A stretch of DNA of 64,000 nt from Akkermansia muciniphila. Its GTDB lineage: Bacteria > Verrucomicrobiota > Verrucomicrobiia > Opitutales > UBA953. The notes beneath the pieces are model-generated. The model was not told where the DNA came from and ran no database searches. It worked only from the letters and a program-made list of their open reading frames with translations. Positions 19,159 to 28,697 of the stretch are shown here, one piece after another (the stretch's first letter is position 1; each line of letters opens with the position of its first letter). The DNA lies in the NCBI GenBank assembly GCA_945878755.1, contig CAMDWM010000002.1, positions 75-64,074 on the forward strand, in the 5' to 3' direction. The position numbers and the translations under genes are program-made.

Positions 19159-20234
19159 CCTACCGTCTCTATATCCCTGGCCCCCTGACCGTCTCCGAGG
19201 ACATCGTCCAAGCGATGCGTAAGCCGATGATCGGCCACCGCTCCAAGGACTTTGTCGCCCTCTATGAAGATATGCAGCCTCGCCTGCAGAAGATGTTCTT
19301 CACCCATGACCCCGTCTACCTGGGCACCAGCTCAGCTTGGGGTGTCATGGAAGGTGCCCTGCGTAATGTCTGCCGTAAGGGTGTGCTTAATTGCATGAAC
19401 GGCGCGTTCTCCGACAAGTGGAACGATGTCGCCAAGCGTTGCGGCAAGTACGCCGAAGCCCTCCAGTTCGACTGGGGTAAGCCCATCGATCCAGAGGCCG
19501 TCCGCCAAGCGCTGGCGACCGGTAAGTTCGACTGCATCACCTTTATCCACTCCGAAACTTCCACGGGTACCCTTTCGCCGATTGCCGACATCATGGCCGT
19601 CGTCCGCGAGTTCCCGGAAGTGATTTCCATCGCGGACTCGGTCAGTTCATTCTCGACGCTGCCCATCGCCAAAGACGAGCTGGGCATCGACATCCTTCTC
19701 ACGGGCTCCCAGAAGGCCCTCGCCCTGCCCCCTGGTCTCGCGATCTTCGCCGTCAGCGAGCGCGCTCGCGAACGTGCCAAGCAGAGCGCCGACCGCGGCT
19801 ACTACTTCGACCTCATCGAATTCCATGATAACCATGTGAAGGGCATGACCCCTTCCACCCCTTGCATTTCCCTCTTCTACGGCCTGCAGGCCCGCCTGCA
19901 TCAAGTGGACGCCGAAGGCTTGGAGAACCGCTTCGAGCGTCACCGCCGCCTCAATGAGCGCGTCCGGGCTTGGGGTTACGGCAAGGGTTTCTCCCTGCTT
20001 CCTGAAGAGAAATTCGCTACCCGGGGCCTCAACTGCTTCAAGAACGACCGCAACGCCGACCTCGAGCGCCTCAATAAGACCCTGAAGTCCCGTCACCAGC
20101 TCGTCATCGACGGCGGCTACGGTAAACTCAAGGGGAAGACGTTCCGTATTTCTAATATGGGCGACGAATCCGACACCACGATTGCTACCCTCATTGCCGC
20201 GCTCGACGACTCGCTCGCCGAGCAAGGGATGTGA
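19155..20234 (+). CDS. Class V PLP-dependent aminotransferase (serine-pyruvate / alanine-glyoxylate family)
   Basis: 359 aa. Starts IPGPLTV and carries TGSQKAL (PLP lysine). The start overlaps the panD stop (ATGA). Confidence 0.75.
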   Translation: MTYRLYIPGPLTVSEDIVQAMRKPMIGHRSKDFVALYEDMQPRLQKMFFTHDPVYLGTSSAWGVMEGALRNVCRKGVLNCMNGAFSDKWNDVAKRCGKYAEALQFDWGKPIDPEAVRQALATGKFDCITFIHSETSTGTLSPIADIMAVVREFPEVISIADSVSSFSTLPIAKDELGIDILLTGSQKALALPPGLAIFAVSERARERAKQSADRGYYFDLIEFHDNHVKGMTPSTPCISLFYGLQARLHQVDAEGLENRFERHRRLNERVRAWGYGKGFSLLPEEKFATRGLNCFKNDRNADLERLNKTLKSRHQLVIDGGYGKLKGKTFRISNMGDESDTTIATLIAALDDSLAEQGM

Positions 20235-20266
20235 CCGACGCTTGACACTCGGTTATCATCCTACGC

Positions 20267-23005
20267 ATGCGCAAGAAGACCTCCAAGTCAGTCGACACCG
20301 AAGCCGCCGCTCCCGGCTCCAAGTCCCTCGTCATCGCGGAAAAGCCTTCCGTTGCGCAGGATCTCGCCAAGGCATTGAAAGTACCGAAGGTCGGGGAGAT
20401 CTTCGAAAATGACCAATGGGTGATCAGCTCGGCCATTGGCCACTTGGTCCGACTCAAGGACCCGCAGGACATCGACCCTAAGTTCAAACGCTGGACGCTA
20501 AAGGATCTGCCGATTTTGCCGGAGAAGTTTGATGGGACGGTTTGCGACGATATTCTGAAAGTCATCGAGGGTGAACGCAACGATGGTAGCCGCTATAAGT
20601 TGCTGAAGAAGCTCCTGCTTCGTAAGGACGTCGGTTCTGTGGTGAATGCCTGCGATGCGGGTCGCGAAGGCGAACTCATCCTGCACAATATTTATACTCT
20701 GACGGGTCGTAAGTTGCCGCTCCAGCGCCTTTGGCTGACCAGCATGACGAACACGTCGATCCTCGCTAGCTTCGCGAACTTGTTGCCCGAGTCCGCGAAA
20801 GAAGGACTCCGCGATTCCGCCGTGGCCCGCTCCCAGGCTGATTGGTTGGTCGGCATGAACGCCACGCGTTTCTCGACCATCCGCATCGGCGGCGCCTTAC
20901 GTCGCGAGTCCTATTCCGCTGGTCGGGTGCAGACGCCGACGCTCATGCTCATCGTTGAACGTGAGCTCGAGATCCGCCGTTTCGTCCCGAAGACCTTCTG
21001 GAAAATTGAGGCTAATTTTGACGTCGCCGCTGGCCAGTATCGCGGCGTCGCCCAAGTCCCTGGCGTCACCGACCGCAAAGATGCGGAGCGTTTCTTTGAA
21101 GAAGCCGCGGGCCGTAAGGTCGCTGCAGAATCTGAGCAGCTTGGCGTCGGCAAAGTCAGTGATGAGCGTAAGCCTAAGAAAGAAAGCGCCCCTCGCCTGC
21201 TGGATCTGACCACCTTGCAACGCGAAGGTAACCGACGCTTTGGTTTCTCGGCCAAGACGACCCTCTCCGCCGCGCAACGTCTCTACGAGCACCACAAGGC
21301 GCTCACCTACCCGCGTACGGACTCCCAGTACCTCCCCGAGGACCACGTCGCCACTGCCAAGGAAGTCATGGCATCCCTCGTCAGCGGGCATTCCGTCGGC
21401 CAGCACGCCCGTGAAGTGCTTAGCAAGGGCTGGGTCGACTCGGCGGGTAAGCGCGTCTTCGATAACAAGAAGGTCAGTGACCACTTTGCGATTGTCCCGA
21501 CCGGCACCATCCCGCACGGCCTGAGTGATGTGGAAGAGCGTATCTACGACCTCGTCGTTCGGCGCTTTGTTGCGGTGTTCTTCCCAATGGCCGAGTTTGA
21601 GGAAACGGTCCGCACGACCATGGTGGGACCGCATAATTTCCGCACGACTGGTAAAGTCCTCGTCGTTTCCGGTTGGCGCGCCGTTTGGGGCCAGGAAGCC
21701 GATGCTGAAGAAGACAAGGATAAGGAAGGGGCGGCGAATTTACCTGCTCTCAGCGCCGCCGATGGTAACCCCGCCCAAGCCAAGCTCGTTGACTTGAACG
21801 TCAAGCAGGACGCAACGAAGCCCCCCGCGCGTTACAACGAAGCCTCGTTGCTCGGTGCGATGGAAAATGCGGGTAAGCTCGTCGACGATGAAGCCCTCGC
21901 CGAAGCGATGAAGGAACGTGGTCTCGGTACGCCGGCCACCCGCGCCGCCACCATCGAAGAACTCCTCAGCGACAATAAGAAGTATATCGAGCGCCAAGGT
22001 AAAGAACTCGTCCCCCTGGCCAAGGCCTTCCAGTTACACCAGTTCATCCACAAGATGAAGCTATCGTTCCTCTCGGAAGCCCGCCTGACGGGTGAGTGGG
22101 AATACAAACTCCGTCTCATTGAGCAGGGTAAGTTGCCCGTGAAGCAATTCATCGCTGAGATTAAGGCACAGGTGAAGGAGATGGTCGAACTGGGCGGCCA
22201 GGAAGAAGCCCCCACCCACGTCGAGCCCACGATCCTCTCTCCCTCTGACGGAAAGCCCATGCTCACCAATGGGGAGAGCTTCTTCTCGCAAGATCGCTCG
22301 GAAGACGGCAAGAAGCCGATGGTCTTGGTCTACATCGGCATCAATGGCCACACTGTCACCCCCCAAGAACTCGCCGAACTCGTCGAGAAGCGACGCATCG
22401 GACCATTCACGGACTTTAAGTCGATGAAGTCGGGCAAGAATTTCACGGGCTTTATCGACCTCGTCGATGAAGACTCGATTGTTTCCTGGAAAGATAAGCC
22501 AGCCGAGAAGCCCGATGCCCCCGTAGCAGGCGAAGGGGCGGACAAGCCGAAGAAGGTCAAAGCCAAGAAGCCTACCGGCCGACTCAAGGCCGTCTTGTTC
22601 TTAGCGCCCCGCGAGGGCGTGGATGGTAATCCCGACGCCTTTGATACCGATTGGCCGATCCTGGGCGATTGTCCGGTCTCCGGCCTGCCCGTCCAACATA
22701 CGCCCACCAACGGCTACCGTGTCTGCCCCCAGAGGGCCCAGACCGCAAGCGCCAAGAAGACTTTTAGTTTGAACGCTGAGATGCTCAAGGCACCGATCAC
22801 TGCCGACGATGTTCGCGCGATCCTCACTCAAGGTAAGTCCCCGCTGAAGAAGTTCATCTCGAAACGCACTAACCGTGGCTTCGAGGCCTTCCTCATCGCC
22901 GATAAGGAGAAGGGTTGGTGGTTCGCTTTCCCGCCGCGCAAGCCGAAGGGTCCGAAGAAAGGTACCGTCGCTACCGACGTGCCGGACGAGAACAAACCGT
23001 TCTAA
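20267..23005 (+). CDS. topB: DNA topoisomerase III with two C-terminal topoisomerase repeats
   Basis: 912 aa. Toprim motifs LVIAEKPS and CDAGREGE. LPILPEKF is like E. coli TopB. Two repeats lie near the C-terminus (GPFTDFKSMKSGKNFTGFIDL and KKFISKRTNRGFEAFLIA). Confidence 0.85.
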   Translation: MRKKTSKSVDTEAAAPGSKSLVIAEKPSVAQDLAKALKVPKVGEIFENDQWVISSAIGHLVRLKDPQDIDPKFKRWTLKDLPILPEKFDGTVCDDILKVIEGERNDGSRYKLLKKLLLRKDVGSVVNACDAGREGELILHNIYTLTGRKLPLQRLWLTSMTNTSILASFANLLPESAKEGLRDSAVARSQADWLVGMNATRFSTIRIGGALRRESYSAGRVQTPTLMLIVERELEIRRFVPKTFWKIEANFDVAAGQYRGVAQVPGVTDRKDAERFFEEAAGRKVAAESEQLGVGKVSDERKPKKESAPRLLDLTTLQREGNRRFGFSAKTTLSAAQRLYEHHKALTYPRTDSQYLPEDHVATAKEVMASLVSGHSVGQHAREVLSKGWVDSAGKRVFDNKKVSDHFAIVPTGTIPHGLSDVEERIYDLVVRRFVAVFFPMAEFEETVRTTMVGPHNFRTTGKVLVVSGWRAVWGQEADAEEDKDKEGAANLPALSAADGNPAQAKLVDLNVKQDATKPPARYNEASLLGAMENAGKLVDDEALAEAMKERGLGTPATRAATIEELLSDNKKYIERQGKELVPLAKAFQLHQFIHKMKLSFLSEARLTGEWEYKLRLIEQGKLPVKQFIAEIKAQVKEMVELGGQEEAPTHVEPTILSPSDGKPMLTNGESFFSQDRSEDGKKPMVLVYIGINGHTVTPQELAELVEKRRIGPFTDFKSMKSGKNFTGFIDLVDEDSIVSWKDKPAEKPDAPVAGEGADKPKKVKAKKPTGRLKAVLFLAPREGVDGNPDAFDTDWPILGDCPVSGLPVQHTPTNGYRVCPQRAQTASAKKTFSLNAEMLKAPITADDVRAILTQGKSPLKKFISKRTNRGFEAFLIADKEKGWWFAFPPRKPKGPKKGTVATDVPDENKPF

Positions 23006-23776
23006 TCACTTTTCCCAAGTCTGGCGGGGGATGCGAAGTTGCACGGGAACCTTGAGCTCGTCTTCCATGAAGCGGAGACGTTCGAGGTCATCGGGCGCAC
23101 CGTCTTCTTGTTTTTTCAACTTACCCATCCATTGCGCACTATACCATTCGTAGGCTTCCTTCTTTTGGCCAGCCTCCCACATCGTCCGGGCGCACATGAA
23201 GTAGGCGAACCAAGGCACGGTCTTCGCTTGCGTCGCCCGCCGATAGTAAGCCGCTGCCAGTAAGTTGTCCTTGAGTTTAATCTCTGCGAGTTGTCCGGCA
23301 GAAATTAAGATGCCAGAATTACCGCCGGTATGCTCAACGCCTTCCTCGAAGACGGCGAGGCCCAGTTGCGCATAGCGTCGGAAGATGCCTTCTTGAATGT
23401 CGGGCGCAACTTTGGCGTAACCGCCGCGGCGTCGGATCTCCCAGTGAGCAAAATCGTAACCGACCGCGTACCCCGTATTTTCCCAAAAGAACCGGGAACG
23501 CGGATCTAAGGCGCAAGCGGTCTTCATCAGTGCTTCGCAGCTAGCCCGGTCGCGCTTCTCCCAGAAGACGTAGCTGCGCAACCAGGTCGCATCTGCCACC
23601 ACCGTACGCAACCCGCCGAGGATGCCTAAAAGGACCCCTTGGCCGAGCGTGGGCTCAAGGTCTTTGCGGCTAATCTCTGGCACCGCCTGACGGACCCCCT
23701 TCCAAGAGGTTTCCGAGTATGCCCCCGCCCCAAGCAACAGCAGGCTAGCCACGACCCATGGGGACACTGGGTGCAT
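23006..23776 (-). CDS. Membrane-anchored helical-repeat (TPR-like) protein, function unknown
   Basis: 256 aa. Two N-terminal hydrophobic segments are followed by Trp/Tyr/Ala-rich helical repeats. It is the last gene of a tightly packed four-gene string. Confidence 0.45.
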   Translation of the reverse strand: MHPVSPWVVASLLLLGAGAYSETSWKGVRQAVPEISRKDLEPTLGQGVLLGILGGLRTVVADATWLRSYVFWEKRDRASCEALMKTACALDPRSRFFWENTGYAVGYDFAHWEIRRRGGYAKVAPDIQEGIFRRYAQLGLAVFEEGVEHTGGNSGILISAGQLAEIKLKDNLLAAAYYRRATQAKTVPWFAYFMCARTMWEAGQKKEAYEWYSAQWMGKLKKQEDGAPDDLERLRFMEDELKVPVQLRIPRQTWEK

Positions 23777-23778
23777 GG

Positions 23779-24615
23779 TTAGATTTCCCTCCGTCGGAAG
23801 GCCAAGCTCGCCAAGGCTAAGAACGCGACGAGGTAGAATAGTCCCGACAATACGACGGACCAGACGGCCGGACCAGAAATAGCTGTGGGATCGAGTACCA
23901 GCGTGTCACCGATGTTGAACTGCTGGAGGTTGGGGATGACGCGGCTCGAGATCCAGAGGAGGCTTTTGGTCACCACGCTCGCATCGCTAGGCTTGAGTAA
24001 GGCTTCTTGGGCGAGCCATTGCAGCTGGCCAGCGACGATGGCCATTGCACCTACGATCACCGCAAAGAGAAAAGTCCGGGCCACGGCTGAAATCATGAGC
24101 ACCATCGCCGCGACGACCCCGAGGCGGAACCACTGAAGAACGGCAAACGAAGCTAGTCCACTGACGCTGAAGTCGGGCGCCACGCGGCCGGTTTCAGCCG
24201 CCATGACGATGAGTTCTTGGGTGCGGCTCCAGAGGATGATACCTTGAAGGAAAGCCAGGCTGAAGACAAAGACGCCCAGGACCGCCCAAGTACCGAGGAA
24301 TTTACCAAGTAAGAATTCCGTCCGGCTCAGCGGCTTGGCCAATAACGTCAGCGCTGTTCGATTATCGATTTCCGCAAAGAATAATTGGGCGGTCATGACG
24401 AGCGCCAGGACCGAGCCAAACAAGAACATCCCGCCAAAGGCGAAGTCGGCCACAAACTTGAGTTCGCTATGGCCAAAGTCCATGAAGCGTAAGGAAACCG
24501 AGGACACGACCATGGCGGCCGAAAGCACCAGTAGAAAAGCGAAGAAGCGTTGGCGAATCGCCTCCAAGAAGGTGATGCGGGCAATCCAGCTGGTTCGGGT
24601 CAAGCGTGCGTTCAT
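23779..24615 (-). CDS. ABC-2 type transporter permease
   Basis: Start chosen at MNARLTRTSW, 1 nt after the ATPase stop (278 aa). Six hydrophobic spans fit the ABC-2/NosY-like architecture. Confidence 0.7.
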   Translation of the reverse strand: MNARLTRTSWIARITFLEAIRQRFFAFLLVLSAAMVVSSVSLRFMDFGHSELKFVADFAFGGMFLFGSVLALVMTAQLFFAEIDNRTALTLLAKPLSRTEFLLGKFLGTWAVLGVFVFSLAFLQGIILWSRTQELIVMAAETGRVAPDFSVSGLASFAVLQWFRLGVVAAMVLMISAVARTFLFAVIVGAMAIVAGQLQWLAQEALLKPSDASVVTKSLLWISSRVIPNLQQFNIGDTLVLDPTAISGPAVWSVVLSGLFYLVAFLALASLAFRRREI

Positions 24616-24616
24616 G

Positions 24617-25474
24617 TTAGGCGTCGCGGCTACCGGTGACCAGTTCCCGGAAGAGGTCTTCCAGTGAACGGCGGGGGTGAGTAATCGAGGTGACCGTGGC
24701 CCCATGGGCGGCCAGGGCGGCTTCGGCGGCCTGTCGGGCCTGCGGCGTAAGGTCTGCGACCGTGATGACGTGCCGATCGCGCTGGGCGAGGACTTCATCC
24801 ACGCGCCCTTCGAGGACGAGGCGACCTCGATCCATAATGGCTACTCGGTCACAGACTTGTTCGACCTGTCCAAGAAGATGCGAGCAAAGTACAATGGTCT
24901 TACCCTTAGCACGCATGGCGTTGATCATGCGTCCGATGGCCGCAGAGCCTACGGGATCCACGCCGGCGGTGGGTTCGTCGAGGATGACGAGTTCGGGGTC
25001 ATGGACAATCGCCTGCGCCAGTCCGATGCGCTGCAGCATACCTTTCGAGTAGGTGCCAATCGGACGACCGGCGGCTTCGGTCATCGCCGCGAGTTCCAGC
25101 GAAGCCTCGACGGAATCGTCGACTTTCTCCGCCGGCACGCCGCTCAAGCGCGCGCAATATTGCACGAGCTCGCGGCCGGTGAGGAACTTATGGAAATAAG
25201 GAGCTTCAGGTAAAAAGCCCGTGCGCTGACGGGCCTCTGAGGTAGCGGAGGGAAAGCCGAGGATACTGATGGCGCCGGACGTCGCTGGGACTAGCCCGAG
25301 CACAATCTTCAGGGTCGTGCTCTTACCGCAGCCATTCGGACCCAGCAGGCCGAAGACCTGGCCGCGCGGAATCTCCAAGGAGAGGTTGTCAACCGCGCGT
25401 AATTTGATACCCCGCAACCCGACCCGGAAATCCTTGGTGAGCCCTTGCACGGAAATGGCGCTACTTGTGGTCAT
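24617..25474 (-). CDS. ABC transporter ATP-binding protein
   Basis: 285 aa. Walker A GPNGCGKST, signature YSKGMLQR and Walker B LVILDEP. Confidence 0.9.
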   Translation of the reverse strand: MTTSSAISVQGLTKDFRVGLRGIKLRAVDNLSLEIPRGQVFGLLGPNGCGKSTTLKIVLGLVPATSGAISILGFPSATSEARQRTGFLPEAPYFHKFLTGRELVQYCARLSGVPAEKVDDSVEASLELAAMTEAAGRPIGTYSKGMLQRIGLAQAIVHDPELVILDEPTAGVDPVGSAAIGRMINAMRAKGKTIVLCSHLLGQVEQVCDRVAIMDRGRLVLEGRVDEVLAQRDRHVITVADLTPQARQAAEAALAAHGATVTSITHPRRSLEDLFRELVTGSRDA

Positions 25475-25752
25475 CGTTTTATCGTGAAGGTGGACGCGGT
25501 GCGCAGGCCAGCAAACGACCGCTCCTCCACATTGCGGATGTGCCCGTCCAAGGACTTTAGGATTTCGGCCGCGAAAGCATCTAGTTCTTTCTCGGCCCCC
25601 TCCGCATGAAGGTATACCCGACCGTCCGTGAGGTTTTGGATAGAACCGGTGACATCAAAACCGCGGGCAATTCCAAGCACTTGGGCGCGAAAACCCACCC
25701 CTTGAACACGGCCAGTGTACCAGACTTCCCGATGGGAGACATGGGTTGACAT
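25471..25752 (-). CDS. acyP: Acylphosphatase
   Basis: 93 aa. Signature GRVQGVGFR is present. The stop overlaps the ABC ATPase start by 4 nt. Confidence 0.85.
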   Translation of the reverse strand: MSTHVSHREVWYTGRVQGVGFRAQVLGIARGFDVTGSIQNLTDGRVYLHAEGAEKELDAFAAEILKSLDGHIRNVEERSFAGLRTASTFTIKR

Positions 25753-25774
25753 TTGGGAAATTGTCGAAAATCAT
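25746..25774 (+). promoter_or_regulatory. Candidate sigma70-type promoter for tatA
   Basis: TTGACA (25746-25751), a 17-nt spacer, then AATCAT (25769-25774), ending 36 nt upstream of the tatA ATG. It overlaps the 5' end of acyP on the other strand. This is a motif match only. Confidence 0.3.
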
Positions 25775-25810
25775 TGGTCTTTCGTCACTCACAGCAACCG
25801 CAATCCGATT

Positions 25811-26113
25811 ATGAACTCCCTCCCCCCCCTAGCAATGCTCGATGGTCCTGTAGTCTGGGCCATTATCATCGTTGCTGTCCTTCTTTTCGGCGGTTCCAAG
25901 ATCCCCGAACTCGCCCGTGGCCTCGGTAAGGCTAAGCGAGAATTCAAAAAAGCCTCGGAGGAAGTCGAATCCGAAGTCCGCTCCGCCGTCGAGGAAGACG
26001 AAATCAAGAAAGCGCGCCTCTTTCAGGTCGAGCAAGAAGAGCGTGCCCGCGTTCGCGCCAAAATCGAAGAAGAAGAGCGCGCCAAGCGAGCTGCCGAAGG
26101 CAAGCAGAACTAA
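25811..26113 (+). CDS. tatA: Twin-arginine translocase subunit TatA/E
   Basis: Start at the internal ATG (100 aa). TM helix VVWAIIIVAVLLFGGSKIPELARGLGKAKREFKKA is followed by a charged tail. Confidence 0.85.
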   Translation: MNSLPPLAMLDGPVVWAIIIVAVLLFGGSKIPELARGLGKAKREFKKASEEVESEVRSAVEEDEIKKARLFQVEQEERARVRAKIEEEERAKRAAEGKQN

Positions 26114-26119
26114 CACTTT

Positions 26120-26145
26120 GGGGCCGCTAACGGCCCCGTTTTATT
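26120..26145 (+). terminator. Rho-independent terminator after tatA
   Basis: GGGGCCG-CTAA-CGGCCCC (a perfect 7-bp GC stem) is followed by GTTTTATT. It ends 3 nt before the ribE ATG. Confidence 0.6.
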
Positions 26146-26148
26146 GGC

Positions 26149-26739
26149 ATGTTTACGGGCTTAGTTCAGGCAACCGGTAAGGTTTACTCCCTCGCGGTGC
26201 AGGCCTCGGGTGCCACCCGTTTAGCGCTCGAGTCTCCCCTGCTGGCCGCCGCCGAACTCGGCGCCTCCATCGCTATCAATGGCTGCTGCCTGACCGCGAC
26301 CTCCGTCCAGGGAAACATAGCCACTTTTGATCTCCTCGCTGAGTCCCTCCGGCTGACTAATCTCGGTGACCTGAAAGTGGGCTCGCTGGTTAACCTCGAA
26401 CCCAGCCTGCGCCCGACCGACCGCATGGGCGGCCACTTCGTGACTGGCCATATCGACGCCTGTGGTTCGGTCGACTTTTTCGGGGCCGATGGCGCTGACT
26501 GGCGCTTAGATATTAACGCTCCCACGGAAGTTCTTCGTTACGTGGTGAAGAAAGGCTGTGTGGCCGTCGACGGCATGTCCCTGACTGTTGCTGACGTTCT
26601 TCCCACCGGGTTTCGGATTTGGATTATCCCCCACACGTTGTCCGTGACCAATCTGGCGTCCCGCCAGGCTGGTCAACGCGTCAACCTCGAGTCGGACCTT
26701 CTCGCCAAGTATGCCGAGAAGCTCTTGGTGCGCGCTTAG
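26149..26739 (+). CDS. ribE: Riboflavin synthase alpha chain
   Basis: 196 aa. Starts with the canonical MFTGLVQATGKV. Contains the duplicated lumazine-binding barrel (GASIAINGCCLT / GCVAVDGMSLT). Confidence 0.9.
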   Translation: MFTGLVQATGKVYSLAVQASGATRLALESPLLAAAELGASIAINGCCLTATSVQGNIATFDLLAESLRLTNLGDLKVGSLVNLEPSLRPTDRMGGHFVTGHIDACGSVDFFGADGADWRLDINAPTEVLRYVVKKGCVAVDGMSLTVADVLPTGFRIWIIPHTLSVTNLASRQAGQRVNLESDLLAKYAEKLLVRA

Positions 26740-27428
26740 GCTCCCGAGAGTTCGTTCAGCCTGGCCTCGAGGTGCGCCGCCAAGGCTGGCTCATCGCTCT
26801 CACGTGCGGGGCATGGTATAATCTCAAAGGTGACGTCCACGCGTGAGAATGGTTTAGGCAAAGCGAACTGATCCCAACTGCGCAGAGTCCATGCCGACCG
26901 AAAGTTCATCCCCAAGATGAGGAAAGGGCGGCCCGTGAGCTTCGCTAAGGAGACGGCCCCAGCCTTGAACTCTCGGCGCGGTCCTTTGGGGCCATCGGGC
27001 GTCACGCCGGCGTGGTCCCCGCCCCGGACCGCTCGGGTCAAAGACATCAACGCGGCGGCCCCGCGCTTACTGGAAGAGCCGCGCACGGCCTTAATGCCCA
27101 TGTGCTTAAAGAAGGCGACCAACCACCCGCCATCCTTACTCGTACTGATGAGCGCGGTGACCGGGCGATCTAAGAAGCGGTTCGCAATCAGCGAAGAAGT
27201 GAAAAGTCGGTCATGCCAAAGTAACAAGATGAAGGGCCCGTCCTTATCTTCGATGCGTGGGACGTTGGCATGGACGCGCAAGGTGGCCAACCAGAGTCGC
27301 AAGACTAACGCGGCGAACCAAACCCAGAGCCAATGGTACCACGCCACCTCTACGGGGGTCTCAGGTAGGTCTTGGGCTAGAGCAGTCACCCTGTGATTGA
27401 CGCAGTTTCCCGAAAGCATTTCAAACAC
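26736..27428 (-). CDS. DUF374 / lysophospholipid acyltransferase-like protein
   Basis: 230 aa. Contains LLLWHDRLF and GVTPDGPKGPRREFKAGAVSLAKLTGRP, typical of DUF374. Confidence 0.6.
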   Translation of the reverse strand: MFEMLSGNCVNHRVTALAQDLPETPVEVAWYHWLWVWFAALVLRLWLATLRVHANVPRIEDKDGPFILLLWHDRLFTSSLIANRFLDRPVTALISTSKDGGWLVAFFKHMGIKAVRGSSSKRGAAALMSLTRAVRGGDHAGVTPDGPKGPRREFKAGAVSLAKLTGRPFLILGMNFRSAWTLRSWDQFALPKPFSRVDVTFEIIPCPARESDEPALAAHLEARLNELSGA

Positions 27429-27971
27429 TTACGCCAAGCCTAAAGCCTGCCTCACCGCTGGGCGCTGGTAAAGGTGCCTCAGGGGTAACGCAAAGGCCTC
27501 GGGAAAGCGTCGCATCCAGGCATCCAACTCCGCGGGCTGGCGCCATAAGAGTGAATCCACCTCGGCACGGCCTAAAAGCGGGGTGAACTCGCCGCGAAGT
27601 AGGTAGGAGCGGACGAATTCGTGGCCGAGGTTCGCATGACAGGGGGCGTAATCAATTTCTATTAAAGCCTCGAGGGGGACCCGCAGACCAATTTCTTCCG
27701 CGAGTTCCCGGACGGCCGCCATGGGGTAGCTCTCCCCGCTGTCGACATGGCCAGCGCAGGAGGCGCTAATCAGGCCGGGGCAGTTGTCCTTGGCGTAGGA
27801 TCGGCGTTGCAGGCAGAGTTGCCCGTCGCCTCTAAGCCAAAAAATATGGATGGCGCGGTGCCGAAGTTGTTGCCGGTGAATCTCACTGCGTAGGAGTGAG
27901 CCAATGACGCTGTCGTTTTCGTCGACGAGGTCGAAGACTTCATCCGGAGACTGGCCGACTTCTTTTCTCAT
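27429..27971 (-). CDS. NUDIX hydrolase
   Basis: 180 aa. Nudix box GHVDSGESYPMAAVRELAEEIGL. Confidence 0.8.
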   Translation of the reverse strand: MRKEVGQSPDEVFDLVDENDSVIGSLLRSEIHRQQLRHRAIHIFWLRGDGQLCLQRRSYAKDNCPGLISASCAGHVDSGESYPMAAVRELAEEIGLRVPLEALIEIDYAPCHANLGHEFVRSYLLRGEFTPLLGRAEVDSLLWRQPAELDAWMRRFPEAFALPLRHLYQRPAVRQALGLA

Positions 27972-28696
27972 GTGCGGCCCAGATCCATAATAATGTTCCA
28001 GCGCTTGGTCAATTCACGGTCGTGTTTCTTCCAGTCAGGATCCCAAGCGGCGAGCTGATTCCAGAAGCGATCGGAATGGTCCATGTGCTTGCGATGCGCT
28101 AGCTCGTGGAAGATGACGTGGTCGTGTACCACCGGTGGCAAGAGAACGAGACGCCAATTAAGCGAAAGCGCCCCCTGTTGGGAGCAGGAACCCCAGCGCG
28201 TGGTTTGGTCGCGGACGCTGACAGCGTCCACACTGACGCCGACGCGCCGGGCAAGGCGTTCGACCGCCTGTGTCAGGCCAGTTTCGGCCAGGCGACGCAG
28301 GACGCGGACGGCCGCCTCCTCCCGGCCCGCTTCAGGCAGGAAGAGTTGGACCGCATCGGCCTCCTTCGCGATGACCAACCGAGCCCGTGGGCCGGTCGTT
28401 AAACTGACCTCCATCATTCGCTCGTCTAAGGTAGCCCAAGGAAACTTGTCCAAATGGGCCAAGAGCGAGGGCTGTACTACCCGCGCTTTGGTGAACACCT
28501 GCTCCAACCAAAGGAGATTGTCCTTTAAAAAGGCCAAAGCCGAAGCCTGCGAAGTGTTCGCGGGATAAGTTAGTTCGACCCGCGGGCCTGGCTTCACAGA
28601 GAGACGGACCCGCCGGGCGCGGTCGGAAGGTTTGGGCCAAACCTGCACCACGCGGCCAGCCACATGCACGGAGATGGGTTGGTCGGCCAGCTTCAT
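27968..28696 (-). CDS. YgjP-like (DUF45/M48-type) metal-dependent hydrolase
   Basis: Start chosen at MKLADQP, 1 nt after the mazG stop (242 aa). Contains WGSCS...LSLNWRLVLLP and the HExxH motif (FHELAH). Confidence 0.7.
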   Translation of the reverse strand: MKLADQPISVHVAGRVVQVWPKPSDRARRVRLSVKPGPRVELTYPANTSQASALAFLKDNLLWLEQVFTKARVVQPSLLAHLDKFPWATLDERMMEVSLTTGPRARLVIAKEADAVQLFLPEAGREEAAVRVLRRLAETGLTQAVERLARRVGVSVDAVSVRDQTTRWGSCSQQGALSLNWRLVLLPPVVHDHVIFHELAHRKHMDHSDRFWNQLAAWDPDWKKHDRELTKRWNIIMDLGRT

Positions 28697-28697
28697 T

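Noticed and set aside
20267-23005. Topoisomerase III as a marker of an integrative/conjugative element.
   Set aside because: No integrase, relaxase, T4SS, ParB/SSB or tRNA attachment site is nearby. The flanks are panD/aminotransferase and an ABC operon, with the same packing and composition as the rest of the window.
26114-26148. A possible FMN riboswitch upstream of ribE.
   Set aside because: The spacer is only 35 nt and is fully occupied by the tatA terminator hairpin, whereas an FMN aptamer needs well over 100 nt.
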